Shown here: positions 1 to 10,448 of the stretch, one piece after another
Layout: every line of letters begins with the position of its first letter
Position numbering within the stretch: position 1 is the first letter of the stretch
DNA from: Candidatus Gottesmanbacteria bacterium RIFCSPHIGHO2_01_FULL_40_15
Lineage (GTDB): Bacteria; Patescibacteriota; Microgenomatia; 2-02-FULL-39-11
Direction: 5' to 3'
Assembly: GCA_001779115.1 (NCBI GenBank)
Contig: MFJF01000015.1
Span: forward strand, 86,491 to 150,490
Length of the DNA stretch: 64,000 nucleotides
Translations under genes and position numbers: made by a program
The notes under the pieces: generated by a model
The model's database searches: none
Told to the model about the DNA's origin: nothing
The model's input: the letters and a program-made list of their open reading frames with translations, nothing else

Positions 1-15
1 CCCACTGGAAACTAT

Positions 16-1137
16 ATGAAATCAATAAATTATAAAATTTCTGTTCCGCTTGTTGATCTGAAGGCGTCCTATAAGGGGATAAAAAACCAAATTGACAGGG
101 CAATTGCCGGTGTTTTGGGAAAAACTAACTTCATAATGGGAGATGAAGTAACCGGCTTTGAGACTGCTTTTACCCGGTATATCGGTACAAAATACGCTAT
201 CGGAGTTTCATCCGGAACAGCCGCTATTCATCTTATCCTGAAAGCTCTTGGAATTGGAGCAGGAGATGAAGTAATTCTCCCTTCCCATACCTTCACGGCA
301 ACTGCAGAACCGGTAGTTTGGCTGGGAGCCAAACCGGTCTTTGCCGATATTGCGCCGGATTATACCCTTGATCCGACACGTCTGGAAAAACTTATCACCG
401 CCAAAACTAAAGCTGTTATTCCCGTTCATTTATACGGATTACCAGCTGATATGGACGGGATTTCAAAAATAGCATCCCGCTATAAAATTTCAGTCATCGA
501 GGATACCGCCCAAGCCCATGGTGCAGTTTTTGGCAAAAAAAAGACGGGAACTTTGGGGATTGCGGCCGCTTTTTCATTTTATCCGGGTAAGAATCTGGGT
601 GCCTATGGTGATGCCGGTTGTGTAGTCACCGATAACCGTCTCCTGGCTGATGCTGTCAGGAAACTGAGAAACCATGGCAGGACGGAAAAATACCGGCATC
701 AACTGGTTGGCTACGGTGAGCGGTTGGACACACTTCAGGCAGCCGTGCTTTCAGTTAAACTTAAGCATCTGGAACGATGGAACCGCCAAAGAAGGACTGC
801 GGCAGCCCTTTATGACCGGCGGCTTAAAGATATTCCTCAAGTAACAATGCCTGAGACAATATCCGGCCGGCGGCATGTCTATCATTTATATGTTATTCAG
901 GTGGAACAAAGGGACAAACTGAAAAATTATTTAAAAGAAAAGGGGATCGGGTGCGGTATCCATTATCCGATTCCTCTGCATCTCCAACCGGCTTATAAGT
1001 TTTTAAGATACAAGCGGGGTGATTTTCCCGATACCGAAAAAATCTCCGGTAGAATTTTATCTCTGCCGATTTATCCTGAAATAACCACCGCTCAGATAAA
1101 ATATATTACCAAATGCGTAAAAGAATTCTATTCCTGA
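16..1137 (+). CDS. DegT/DnrJ/EryC1/StrS-family PLP-dependent sugar aminotransferase (copy 1)
   Basis: 373 aa with the N-terminal pattern typical of ArnB/PglE-type UDP-4-keto-sugar aminotransferases (VPLVDL..., GDEV..FE..F..Y.G.KYAI.V.SGTAA..L.L.ALGIG.GDEVI.PS.TF.AT...V...GA.PVF.DI) and a Lys-containing AHG region. Confidence 0.8.
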   Translation: MKSINYKISVPLVDLKASYKGIKNQIDRAIAGVLGKTNFIMGDEVTGFETAFTRYIGTKYAIGVSSGTAAIHLILKALGIGAGDEVILPSHTFTATAEPVVWLGAKPVFADIAPDYTLDPTRLEKLITAKTKAVIPVHLYGLPADMDGISKIASRYKISVIEDTAQAHGAVFGKKKTGTLGIAAAFSFYPGKNLGAYGDAGCVVTDNRLLADAVRKLRNHGRTEKYRHQLVGYGERLDTLQAAVLSVKLKHLERWNRQRRTAAALYDRRLKDIPQVTMPETISGRRHVYHLYVIQVEQRDKLKNYLKEKGIGCGIHYPIPLHLQPAYKFLRYKRGDFPDTEKISGRILSLPIYPEITTAQIKYITKCVKEFYS

Positions 1138-2696
1138 TATTCGTAACAGTCTTTCTTAAAGAGCTGGTTTGGATTGCTGTGGTTCCACTTTGGCATTTTC
1201 CGGATGAGCAGGCCCATTTCGGCCAGGCAGCATACATTGCCGAGAAAGGCAGCCAGGTGCCTTATCCTCCGGAAAATGATTTGACGGAAGAAATATTGAT
1301 TTATGAGAAAACTTTAGGGACAAAAAGGGATAAGTTCGGCAATAACAAATTCACTTTTCATCCACAATACCGGATTGACTATTCCGGCCATGAAACCGGT
1401 ATTTTTGAAGAAAGTCTGAAAAATTTATCGTCAAATAAGGAATACCGGCAGATGTCAATTCACGAAGCATCACGCTATCCGCCTCTGTATTATTTTCTTA
1501 TTTCTTTAAATTACCGCCTTTTTTACGGCCGGGATCTCATAATCCGGGTTTTTGTCGCCCGCCTGTTCCAGCTTATATTCTATATGGGTGTTGTTTTATT
1601 AGCCTATCTGACCGCCAAAAATATATTTGAATCGGTGCTGCAGCAGACTACAGCCGTCATGCTGGTCGCCTTTCACCCCATGTTTTCATTTGTCTCGGCC
1701 GGAATAAACAGCGATAATGCCGGTAATTTAATTTTCAGTGTATTTACCTATATTTCAGTAATAACACTTAAAAAGGGCATAAACCTCAAAAGATTGATCG
1801 CCTTAATTCTTACCCTTATCTTATCGGTTAATATAAAACCTCAATTTATTGTCATCCTGCCTTTGATATTTGTGCTTTTAATTATCGCCTTTCTGATAAA
1901 AAAAAGACAAAATTCAATAAATCCGGGCAGGATTCTGTTTACGGCTGTTGTTTTTATAATCTCCATCATGCTTTTGTGGCGGTCCGGCAGGGACTTATTT
2001 TCCATAATATTCCGTTTTTTTTCACATTTTGATGTTAACCTGGTAACCGGGCACATTAAAAACTATGCCCTTCCTCAGCTTTATCATGAGGTTATGCCCT
2101 GGTATTGGGGAATCTTTAACTGGCTGGGGGTAACCTATATCCGCCCGGTTCACCGGTTGGTCAACTGGATCAGCTTGACAGCGATTATAGGTCTGTCTAT
2201 TTATTTTCTTAAAAATGTAAGAAAAAAAATTTATTGGCCAGTGAGCGGATTTTTTTACCTGGTTTTTTGCAATCTTTTATTGTTTTCTGGAATCTACCTT
2301 TATGATTGGCTGGAAACAGTAAGAACTAAATATCATCTTGGAGTCCAGGGCAGATATTTTTTCCCGTTACTGGTTTCTCAAATGATTTTGATCTTCCAGG
2401 GGTTCCGGGCGCTGTTTTCTTTCACCGCTTCCCTGAAAAGCTGCCTGGTGAAATTGTTGGCTGTTCTGATGGTAATCTTTCACTGGTATGCCCTGTTAGT
2501 CGTATCCGCTTCATACTATGACCTGTCATCTATAAGAATGTTTATTGTCCAAGCCAGCCAGTATAAGCCGTGGTTTTTTAAGGGAGGGTTCCTTTTTAGC
2601 CTTATAGCCCTGGCGATGTCCGTCAATCTGGTTTTTCTGCTACAATATTTAAAAGAGCCTGAAAATTATGGTACCGCAAAGAAAGAGAAAAGTTAA
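1113..2696 (+). CDS. Polytopic membrane protein, DUF2142-like (putative GT-C-type glycosyltransferase)
   Basis: 527 aa with about 10 or more predicted TM helices and an N-terminal 'FPDEQAHFGQAAYIAEKG' motif resembling the DE..H motif of DUF2142. Overlaps the upstream gene, indicating operon coupling. Confidence 0.45.
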   Translation: MRKRILFLIFVTVFLKELVWIAVVPLWHFPDEQAHFGQAAYIAEKGSQVPYPPENDLTEEILIYEKTLGTKRDKFGNNKFTFHPQYRIDYSGHETGIFEESLKNLSSNKEYRQMSIHEASRYPPLYYFLISLNYRLFYGRDLIIRVFVARLFQLIFYMGVVLLAYLTAKNIFESVLQQTTAVMLVAFHPMFSFVSAGINSDNAGNLIFSVFTYISVITLKKGINLKRLIALILTLILSVNIKPQFIVILPLIFVLLIIAFLIKKRQNSINPGRILFTAVVFIISIMLLWRSGRDLFSIIFRFFSHFDVNLVTGHIKNYALPQLYHEVMPWYWGIFNWLGVTYIRPVHRLVNWISLTAIIGLSIYFLKNVRKKIYWPVSGFFYLVFCNLLLFSGIYLYDWLETVRTKYHLGVQGRYFFPLLVSQMILIFQGFRALFSFTASLKSCLVKLLAVLMVIFHWYALLVVSASYYDLSSIRMFIVQASQYKPWFFKGGFLFSLIALAMSVNLVFLLQYLKEPENYGTAKKEKS

Positions 2697-4221
2697 CAGA
2701 ACTTCTCTGATCCTGTTTATAATTCTTCTTTTGGCCTTTTTTTTCCGCTTTTATAAACTGACGGAATGGTTCAGTTTCGGTATGGACCAGGAGTATGAAG
2801 CATTTCTGGTAAAAAATATTGTCGAAGGCAATCATATTCCATTAATCGGGGTCAATGCCGGAGATACCGGAATATATCTTGGCCCTTATTTCATTTACCT
2901 ATCAGTCATTCCCTATCTTTTATTTCTGGGGAATCCCCTGGGTTTTGCTGTAACTGCCTCGTTTCTCGGTGTTGTTGTCACGTATTTAATTTTTGTCATC
3001 GTTAAGAAACTTTTTTCACTTCCGGCCGGTCTTTTTGCCGCCTTTTTTTATGCCGCTTCTTTTTTAGCGTCATATTATGACAGAAGCTTCTGGAATCCCA
3101 TGCCCGTGCCTCTTTTGTCTCTTCTGATTGTCTATTTTATTTACAGGATAGTTAGGGGAGACGGCAAATATCTTGTCTTTTTAGCTTTTGTTTTCGGGTT
3201 AATTTTTCATACCCATTTATCGCTTTTGATTTTTACACCCATTCTAATTTATGTTCTTATCGTAAACCGGCAGAAATTCAGCCGCAAAATAATAATTTGG
3301 TCACTTTGCGTATTTCTTTTTATGTTGGCTCCGCTTCTTTTATTTGAACTCCGGCATAACTTTACCAATTCCAGGGCGGTAATTAAAAGCTTCTCCGCTG
3401 AAAACAATTCCCAAACTTCCGGTTTTAATAACCGGGTATACCATCTCATGAATTTTCTGGGGCGTTTCATTTGGATTCCGCCCGCTCCGGACCTGTTTGT
3501 TGAAAAAGGCATGTGTCGGGATCTTTTGTGGTTGAGGAAAAATGCCTATCCGGAAATAATCGGGTTAACCGTTCTCGCGTTGGCGGTATTTTTATATTTA
3601 CATCATCCCGGGAAAAGGTCAGCCGCATATGCATTGGTAATGGCTGTTTTTTCAATGGGGCTTTTGGCCGTACTTTTCTATCGGGGTAATTTTTATGAAT
3701 ATTACTTATTGTTTCTTCTGCCTTTCCTGGCGATTGTCCTGGGTATTGTGGTCAGTATTTTAAACCGGTCGGAAAATTTAAAACCCTTAGCCGTTCTTAT
3801 TGTTTTCGTTTTCCTGGTATTAAACCTGATTACACTTTTTACCGCGCAAAACAGTTACACCCACAATAACAAGATAGCAGTGACCCAATTCACTAAAAAG
3901 TATGTTTCGCAGGATACATTTAATCTGGAAGCTCTTGGTGAATGTCCGCGTTTTGGAGGCTGGCGGTATCTTTTTGAGTATAATGTCGGAACTCCCGTTC
4001 ATTCCTATATGGACAGCTATTTTCAATGGCTCTATCAGAATAAAACACCCTCCGGCCAGCCTGAAAAAGTTGTTCTTTTGTCAATGATTGACGCCCGCTC
4101 AGCACCAAAAACCATTGCCCGCTGGCAGGAAGATAAAGTCAGGTTCCTGACGGGATATAATATACTGGCTGAAAAATTATTGAAAAACATCCATGTCTTT
4201 ATCCTGTCCCCTATAAAGTGA
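2668..4221 (+). CDS. GT-C family membrane glycosyltransferase (GT39/GT83, ArnT/PMT-like)
   Basis: 517 aa with a polytopic N-terminal domain carrying an acidic 'MDQEYEA' loop after TM1, as in ArnT/PMT-type lipid-carrier-dependent glycosyltransferases. A C-terminal soluble domain follows. Confidence 0.5.
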   Translation: MVPQRKRKVNRTSLILFIILLLAFFFRFYKLTEWFSFGMDQEYEAFLVKNIVEGNHIPLIGVNAGDTGIYLGPYFIYLSVIPYLLFLGNPLGFAVTASFLGVVVTYLIFVIVKKLFSLPAGLFAAFFYAASFLASYYDRSFWNPMPVPLLSLLIVYFIYRIVRGDGKYLVFLAFVFGLIFHTHLSLLIFTPILIYVLIVNRQKFSRKIIIWSLCVFLFMLAPLLLFELRHNFTNSRAVIKSFSAENNSQTSGFNNRVYHLMNFLGRFIWIPPAPDLFVEKGMCRDLLWLRKNAYPEIIGLTVLALAVFLYLHHPGKRSAAYALVMAVFSMGLLAVLFYRGNFYEYYLLFLLPFLAIVLGIVVSILNRSENLKPLAVLIVFVFLVLNLITLFTAQNSYTHNNKIAVTQFTKKYVSQDTFNLEALGECPRFGGWRYLFEYNVGTPVHSYMDSYFQWLYQNKTPSGQPEKVVLLSMIDARSAPKTIARWQEDKVRFLTGYNILAEKLLKNIHVFILSPIK

Positions 4222-5342
4222 AGAAAAATAAACGGTTCATACCGATAGCCTTTCCGGAAATAAGCGGCAATGAAAAATCATATCTGCTAAATTGCCTTAA
4301 ATCATCCTGGATTTCCTCAAAGGGTGAGTATATCGACAGATTCGAGGAGGATTTTGCCCGGTTCATCGGGAGTAAATATGCGGTATCCTCATCCAACGGT
4401 ACTACCGCCCTGCATTTGGCGTTGGTTGCTGCCGGTATCGGACCCGGCGACGAAGTTATTTTACCCGATCTGACTTTTGTGGCAACGGCCAATACCGTTA
4501 AATATACCGGAGCCGAACCGGTTTTAGTTGATGTTAACAAAAAAAGCTGGCAAATTAATACCCGTCTAATTGAAGGAAAAATAAATAAAAAGACCAAAGT
4601 GTTGCTGCCCGTTCATCTATACGGAATTCCTTCCGATATGAAAAAAATCATGGAAATTGCAAAAAAATACAAATTGACGGTTATTGAAGATGCAGCTGAA
4701 GCTCACGGTGCAAAAGTTATGATGGGAGATGTATCTTTTAAAATGGCCGGTTCGATAGGTTTAATGGGCTGCTTCAGTTTTTACGCTAACAAAATCATAA
4801 CTACCGGTGAAGGGGGTATGGTAGTAACTGATGACCGGAAAAAAGCGGACCTTATGAAAATGCTCCGTGACCACGGGCAGGATCCAGGCAGGCATTATTA
4901 TCATCCTTTAATCGGATTTAATTATAGGATGACTAATCTCCAGGCCGCCTTGGGAACAGCCCAACTTGAAAGAATTCAAAAATTACTTAATTTTAAATCC
5001 CGGATTGCCGCTCTTTACACCAATATGCTTTCAAAAGTTGCCGGTATTTATTTTCCGGAAATTCCGGCCGGAACAGAAGCCGTCTGCTGGCTTTACTCGG
5101 TTATTGTAGACAAGCCGTATCCTTTAAGCCGGGATGTCTTAATTAAGAAATTAAAAAACAGAGGTATTGAAACCCGGCCTTTTTTCTACCCCATGCACCG
5201 CCTGCCCGCCTATATTTCAGAAGAAAGTTTCCCCGCTGCCGATTATTTGTTCCATCACGGCATAAACCTCCCCAGCGGTTACAACCTAACGGAGGGTGAT
5301 ATCAAATATATTTGTGCTGTTATTAAATCATTTTCGAAATGA
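4218..5342 (+). CDS. DegT/DnrJ/EryC1/StrS-family sugar aminotransferase (copy 2)
   Basis: 374 aa with the same fold signature as copy 1 (GDEVILPDLTFVATANTV.Y.GA.PV.VDV; LLPVHLYG; IEDAAEAHGA). ATGA overlap with the upstream gene. Confidence 0.8.
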   Translation: MKKNKRFIPIAFPEISGNEKSYLLNCLKSSWISSKGEYIDRFEEDFARFIGSKYAVSSSNGTTALHLALVAAGIGPGDEVILPDLTFVATANTVKYTGAEPVLVDVNKKSWQINTRLIEGKINKKTKVLLPVHLYGIPSDMKKIMEIAKKYKLTVIEDAAEAHGAKVMMGDVSFKMAGSIGLMGCFSFYANKIITTGEGGMVVTDDRKKADLMKMLRDHGQDPGRHYYHPLIGFNYRMTNLQAALGTAQLERIQKLLNFKSRIAALYTNMLSKVAGIYFPEIPAGTEAVCWLYSVIVDKPYPLSRDVLIKKLKNRGIETRPFFYPMHRLPAYISEESFPAADYLFHHGINLPSGYNLTEGDIKYICAVIKSFSK

Positions 5343-6646
5343 AGGCTAAAATTAGATTATTGGGTAATTTGCTTGTTTCGGAAACTGCCAGAAATACTTA
5401 CGCCGTTTTTATCGGTAATGCTGTTTCAGCCGTATTGGCTTTTATTTTTACCGTGACTTTGGTCCGCCGGCTGACTCTGTCGGATTTTGGTTATTTTTCC
5501 GCCCTGCTTTCCTTCATGCTGCTTTTAACGGAACTTTCTGATATCGGTATCGGTCAGTCGCTTTCTTCTTTTCTGCCGAGACTGGAAAAAACTGTATCTG
5601 CTCTTCACAGCTTTCTTAAAGCGTCATTTGTTATCCAGTTGGCAATTTCATCCGTTGTGTCTTTTACCATTATCATTTTTTCATTAACCGTCTCACGGCT
5701 TTTGTTTCATACCGATAAGTTTGCCGGCCTGGTTATTTTGACCGCAATCGGTATTTATGCCACAGTCCTTTCCAATTTTGTCAATAATTCTTTATCCGCC
5801 AGGAAAAAATTTTTAAAAGTCGCCTTTCTTACAGTTTTTGGCGCTTTTTTAAGACTGGCACTTCTGATTGTAATAATACTTTTTTCCGTTGTTACCCTGA
5901 ATAATTCCGTTTTGGTCCAAAGTCTGTCTCTGGTGATCCTGATGCTGGCTGCGCTTTCCGTTCACAAATTTTCTTTTCTTAAATCTCCTCTGATAAAAGG
6001 CGATATCAGGAACCTGATCTTTTTTGCCGGATTTTTGGGATTAGCCCGGAGTTTTACGGCAATTGCTTTCCGTCTGGATGTTCTCATGCTGGTAGCTTTA
6101 AAAGACGCCACCGAAGCCGGCATTTATTCAACCGCTTCCAGGGTTATTTCAATATATCCTTTACTGGCGGGCAGTTTCATGATGGTAATTGCTCCCAAAA
6201 TAGCCGTCTTGAAGGGAAATAGGGAACTTATTGATTTTTCCAAAAGGGTACTTTTTGCCACAATCCTATTGGTTGCTTCAAGTATTTTTATGATCATTAT
6301 TGCCCGGCCGTTTATGCTGACGCTTTTTGGTGATAAAGTAATTCCGGCGGTTACCGTTTTTCGCCTTTTGCTTATTGCCATGATTTTTTTTGTCGCATCA
6401 ATACCGCCCGTTTCCATTGCCGTTTATTATTTGCGTAAACCATATATCCTGACCGTTAATTCCGTCCTCCAGTTAATAATAGTTGTTATCGGCAATCTTA
6501 TTTTAATTCCGGTTCTTGGCCGCCACGGTCCGGCCGTATCTCTTATTATTGCCTATGGCATATCTCTTTTATTAACAACGGTAATGACCGTTTATCACTT
6601 CCGACTGAACAATCCGGTCAGGCTTAAACCCTTATTAAAAAAATAA
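5339..6646 (+). CDS. Wzx-like oligosaccharide flippase (MOP/polysaccharide biosynthesis protein family)
   Basis: 435 aa with about 12 TM helices and the typical Wzx N-terminal arrangement (KN..VF.GN.VS..L.F.FT....R.L....FG.FS...S...L...L.D.G). Confidence 0.6.
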   Translation: MKAKIRLLGNLLVSETARNTYAVFIGNAVSAVLAFIFTVTLVRRLTLSDFGYFSALLSFMLLLTELSDIGIGQSLSSFLPRLEKTVSALHSFLKASFVIQLAISSVVSFTIIIFSLTVSRLLFHTDKFAGLVILTAIGIYATVLSNFVNNSLSARKKFLKVAFLTVFGAFLRLALLIVIILFSVVTLNNSVLVQSLSLVILMLAALSVHKFSFLKSPLIKGDIRNLIFFAGFLGLARSFTAIAFRLDVLMLVALKDATEAGIYSTASRVISIYPLLAGSFMMVIAPKIAVLKGNRELIDFSKRVLFATILLVASSIFMIIIARPFMLTLFGDKVIPAVTVFRLLLIAMIFFVASIPPVSIAVYYLRKPYILTVNSVLQLIIVVIGNLILIPVLGRHGPAVSLIIAYGISLLLTTVMTVYHFRLNNPVRLKPLLKK

Positions 6647-6651
6647 TTTTC

Positions 6652-8262
6652 TTAATTTATTTTATACAGGTAATAGCGGTTATTAAAAACTGCCGGAAGG
6701 GATCTGTAGAATACCGGAGAAACAATATAATCAGCTTTATATAGGCGGGCTAATGCGGTAATTGACGAAATGCTGTGGTTTTGATACCCCAGGATTATCT
6801 CTTCAAAAGAAATTTTATCCGCCGGGCATTTGGATATATTGCCCAATAAACACATCCGTTTATACCACTGGTAATAGTCTCCGGGATGAAATGGAAATGA
6901 TTTCCAGTCGGCTACAATGGCTCTTCCTGCCACCAGACGGAATTTTTCCAAATCAGGCGGAACCAAAAAAACAGCATCGGCAGGGGTATTTCCGCGGATA
7001 TATTCCTCAATTTCCGTTTCCTGGTCCCTGAACTGATAGTAGTTGGAAAAATTGAATTTCCCATGATATCGCCATAAGGAAAAATAAATAAGAAAAAGAG
7101 CTGTCAGAGCTGTTTTGCCGGTTCTGTTATAAAAAAGGATAAATAAAAATCCCAAAAAAACAGCTGCCAGCCCTGCTTTACCGCTGCCGGTTATTTTCCC
7201 GGCTACCGGCAGAAATACGGGAATAATGGCCAAATAGGAGGGTAGTTTATTGTTTTTTATCCCGTTAAAAATGACGGTTGTCAGTCCCGTCATCAGAAGC
7301 CAATATACATAAATTGTCAAACGGAATGGTTGCATAACCACCGGCAGGTAAAGGGGATAAAAATAGAGGGAAAAACTCCCCAGAATTATTAGAGCAGTAC
7401 AGATGGCAACAGCAGAATAAGTTAATATTTTAATTTTACCCGGCCAGTATCTTTTAAACTTTATAAATCCCAAAAGGGATATTGCCAAAAACAAAAAAAA
7501 CATAAGATAGTCGGCAAGGGGATAAGCCGTGGGCAAATAATGGTGCCGCCCGCGCATCATTGCCGGAATCTGGATCTTTAAAACACCTGGTATATTGTCG
7601 GCAGGCAGCGCACCGTATAAATAAATTAAAGGTATACAAATAATGAAAAAAGGTAATATACCCCGTTTTAATAAGTCCGGAATATTTTTTTTAAGACCCG
7701 TCACTGTTAAATAGACAAAGTAAGAAGTGTTAAAGATAAAAAACGATTCAAAACCGATAAGGGGATGGAAATAAGCTGAGATAATATACAAAAGGGAAGA
7801 TAACAGTATTTTATCCCGGAAAAGACATGAAATTGCCAAAAGCGAAAATGCCAATGACAGTTGGGTAACGGTAAAATCACCAGTCACCAGAATATTTCCT
7901 CCCAGGCTGAAGGTTTGCCCGAATAATATCACAATGACGGTTAGAATTGAGCTTAAATGGTCTTTGGCGATACTGTCCGATAGCTTATAAGTGGCTTGGG
8001 AAATAAGAAAAACGGTTACCACAAAATGAAAGAAAAAAATAACCGGCAAATTTGTAATTTGGTTTAGTCCGGCCATATAAACGGAAAAAAAATACCGCGG
8101 TCCGAATTTTGATGCCGTGTTAAGAAACCAGTCGTTGACCAAATAATTGCCGGAAATAAATCTTAGGATGATGGGGATCTGTTCATATTGGTTGCTTGAT
8201 ACAAAGGAATATTTATATAGAAAGGGGAATATCAGACTTAAAAAAACAATAGACCGAATCAT
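6652..8262 (-). CDS. Polytopic membrane protein with C-terminal soluble domain; candidate glycan polymerase (Wzy-like) or GT-C
   Basis: 536 aa with more than 10 TM helices and a roughly 130-aa hydrophilic C-terminus. It is the only minus-strand gene in the glycan locus and sits between two Wzx paralogs. The family could not be assigned by eye. Confidence 0.3.
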   Translation of the reverse strand: MIRSIVFLSLIFPFLYKYSFVSSNQYEQIPIILRFISGNYLVNDWFLNTASKFGPRYFFSVYMAGLNQITNLPVIFFFHFVVTVFLISQATYKLSDSIAKDHLSSILTVIVILFGQTFSLGGNILVTGDFTVTQLSLAFSLLAISCLFRDKILLSSLLYIISAYFHPLIGFESFFIFNTSYFVYLTVTGLKKNIPDLLKRGILPFFIICIPLIYLYGALPADNIPGVLKIQIPAMMRGRHHYLPTAYPLADYLMFFLFLAISLLGFIKFKRYWPGKIKILTYSAVAICTALIILGSFSLYFYPLYLPVVMQPFRLTIYVYWLLMTGLTTVIFNGIKNNKLPSYLAIIPVFLPVAGKITGSGKAGLAAVFLGFLFILFYNRTGKTALTALFLIYFSLWRYHGKFNFSNYYQFRDQETEIEEYIRGNTPADAVFLVPPDLEKFRLVAGRAIVADWKSFPFHPGDYYQWYKRMCLLGNISKCPADKISFEEIILGYQNHSISSITALARLYKADYIVSPVFYRSLPAVFNNRYYLYKIN

Positions 8263-8313
8263 ATCCGGATTATTTTACCATTAATTAAAGTTTAGTTTTA
8301 CAGAGTTTCAGGC

Positions 8314-8319
8314 TATAAT
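8314..8319 (+). promoter_or_regulatory. Perfect TATAAT -10 element 6 nt upstream of the Wzx(2) start codon (possible leaderless/short-leader promoter)
   Basis: 'caggcTATAATcgagccATG' in the 63-bp divergent intergenic region between the 6652-8262 (-) and 8326-9606 (+) genes. No SD sequence is visible. Confidence 0.3.
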
Positions 8320-8325
8320 CGAGCC

Positions 8326-9606
8326 ATGTCGCCAAAGATAAAGACATTCTTACCTGTTTTTTTCTCAGGCACCGCCAAAGATACCTATATAATTTTTACC
8401 GCCAACATTTTTACCTCATTTTTAGCGTTCCTTTATACCATTTTTCTGGCCCGGGCTTTTGATCCCCGGCTGTTGGGTATTTTTTCAGCCGTTACCGCAT
8501 TTATTCTTTTGACTTCAGATGTTCTTGATCTGGGAATCTCTGCATCCCTGTCCCGTTTTTATCCGGAAATAAAACGTAAAAGGGGAGAAGGAAACGCTTT
8601 ATCTTTTGCCGTTAATTCCTTCAAATTCCAACTCACCTTGACAATTGCCGTTATCCTTTTGATAATTATAACTTCCACAAATCTGGCTAATATTTTTCTG
8701 GAAGATTACCGCTTTTATTACCTTTACCTCCTTTCGGCTGCCGGAGTTTTGGGAACGGTTTTGACCGCCTTTGCCTCCGCTCTTTTGGCAGCCCGAAAAA
8801 AATTTATTGCCGTAGCCGTCATAAGCGTTACTTCCACTTTGACTAAACTGCTTCTTCTGGTATTACTTTTTTATCTCAACCGTTTTATCCTGTCTCTGGT
8901 TCTTCTCGCTTTCGTGGTTGCTTCATTTGTTGCTTTTTCTGTCTCTACCCGGTTTTTAAAACTGGCGCTTTTTAGGGATAAATTCAGCTTTATGGAATTA
9001 AAAAAACTTCTCTCATACTCCCTTTTTATTGCCTTATCCCGTATATTTTCCGCGGTATCGGGCAAGCTTGATGCTTTGATGCTTATTCCTCTTTCATCAG
9101 CTTTCGATGCCGGTATTTATTCCGCTGCCTACAAAATTGCCTTTACCTATATTCTTTTGGCCGGCAGTTTCAGTACTGTTATTGCTCCCAGACTGGCTTC
9201 ATTTAAAGATGTCGGACTGTCGCTTCCATATCTTAAAAAAATAATCCTGGCAACTATGCTGATACTTTTGTCTATGGTAGTCTTATATGCTGTCGCTCCG
9301 TTTTTTGTCGTCTTTATCCTTGGCCGCCGGTATGTTCTTTCTGTTGATGTATTCCGGTCTCTTCTGTTGCCGACCGCTCTTTTTGTCATGACTATTCCAT
9401 CAGTCAATTTTCTTCTTTACGTTCTGAAAAAACCCTGGGTATCAACATTCAATACTTTTATCTCTCTGGTAATCATGTTTTCCGGTAATTTATATTTCAT
9501 TCCGGCATTCGGGAGGTTCGGTCCTGTCTACAGCCTGACGGGAGCTTACGGATTTACCCTGATAAGCTCGGTATTCTTTGCCGTTTATTACTATTCAAAA
9601 TCATAA
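8326..9606 (+). CDS. Wzx-like oligosaccharide flippase (paralog 2)
   Basis: 426 aa with about 12 TM helices and N-terminal architecture parallel to the 5339 gene (AKDTYIIF.AN.....AF.....LAR.......G.FSAV..F.LL.SD.LDLGIS). Confidence 0.6.
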   Translation: MSPKIKTFLPVFFSGTAKDTYIIFTANIFTSFLAFLYTIFLARAFDPRLLGIFSAVTAFILLTSDVLDLGISASLSRFYPEIKRKRGEGNALSFAVNSFKFQLTLTIAVILLIIITSTNLANIFLEDYRFYYLYLLSAAGVLGTVLTAFASALLAARKKFIAVAVISVTSTLTKLLLLVLLFYLNRFILSLVLLAFVVASFVAFSVSTRFLKLALFRDKFSFMELKKLLSYSLFIALSRIFSAVSGKLDALMLIPLSSAFDAGIYSAAYKIAFTYILLAGSFSTVIAPRLASFKDVGLSLPYLKKIILATMLILLSMVVLYAVAPFFVVFILGRRYVLSVDVFRSLLLPTALFVMTIPSVNFLLYVLKKPWVSTFNTFISLVIMFSGNLYFIPAFGRFGPVYSLTGAYGFTLISSVFFAVYYYSKS

Positions 9607-9611
9607 ATCCG

Positions 9612-10436
9612 ATGAAAAAAAACAATTGTACTGCCTGTATGGTTGTCAAAAATGAAGACCGGTTTGTCTGGTACGGCATAAACTCAGTGCTTCCCTATGT
9701 TGACAGATTTCTGATTACCGATACCGGTTCAACCGACAAAACAGTTGAAATAATAAAGGCAATAAAAGATGAAAAAATTGCATTAACCCGAAAAGAAAAA
9801 GTAACTCCCGCTCTTTTAACCCGGTATCGTCAGGAACAGATTGACAAAACAGAAACTGCCTGGCTCTGGCTGGTTGACGGAGATGAGGTCTATCCGGAAA
9901 AAACCGCTCAAAAAATACGCCGGATTATGTCGGAAGGCGATAAATATGACGGTATTATCGCGCACCGCTTTGATCTTCTCGGAGATATTTACCACCGGCA
10001 AAGGGAAACAGTCGGCAGTTATAACCAGTTCGGGCTTCGCGGTCATTACGTATTGAGATGCCTGAGAGTTAAAGCTTTTTCGGACCTTAATGTGTTAGGT
10101 GATTATCCCGATGAATATTTTGCCGACGGCGCCGTTCATGTTAAAAAACGGGGCAGGGACCGTTTTGCCCTGGTTCAGGAACCGCTCTTTCATTCCATGT
10201 ATCTGCAGCGGTCAACAGCGGGAAAAAAACTGCAAAATGTCTTAAACCGGCAAAATTACAAGATAGAACTGGGATTGGCTGTTAATCCGGAAAATCTGCC
10301 CGATATTTTTTTTGCGATACGTCCGCCGATCGTCCCGGAAGTTTTGGGAAAAATAAGCGTGATATATCTTATTGCCGCCGCTCTTATTACTCCGGTAAAA
10401 ATATTAAAGAGAAAATTGATGGAAATTAAAATTTAG
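9612..10436 (+). CDS. Glycosyltransferase family 2
   Basis: N-terminal GT-A fold pattern (CMVVKNEDRFVWYGINSVLPYVDRFLITDTGSTDKTVEI) and a 'DGDE' DxD-like motif. Confidence 0.6.
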   Translation: MKKNNCTACMVVKNEDRFVWYGINSVLPYVDRFLITDTGSTDKTVEIIKAIKDEKIALTRKEKVTPALLTRYRQEQIDKTETAWLWLVDGDEVYPEKTAQKIRRIMSEGDKYDGIIAHRFDLLGDIYHRQRETVGSYNQFGLRGHYVLRCLRVKAFSDLNVLGDYPDEYFADGAVHVKKRGRDRFALVQEPLFHSMYLQRSTAGKKLQNVLNRQNYKIELGLAVNPENLPDIFFAIRPPIVPEVLGKISVIYLIAAALITPVKILKRKLMEIKI

Positions 10437-10448
10437 GATCTTGTCACC

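Noticed and set aside
4211-4597. 128-aa minus-strand ORF
   Set aside because: It lies entirely antisense within the well-supported DegT (copy 2) gene. It has no recognisable domains and is most likely a spurious ORF.
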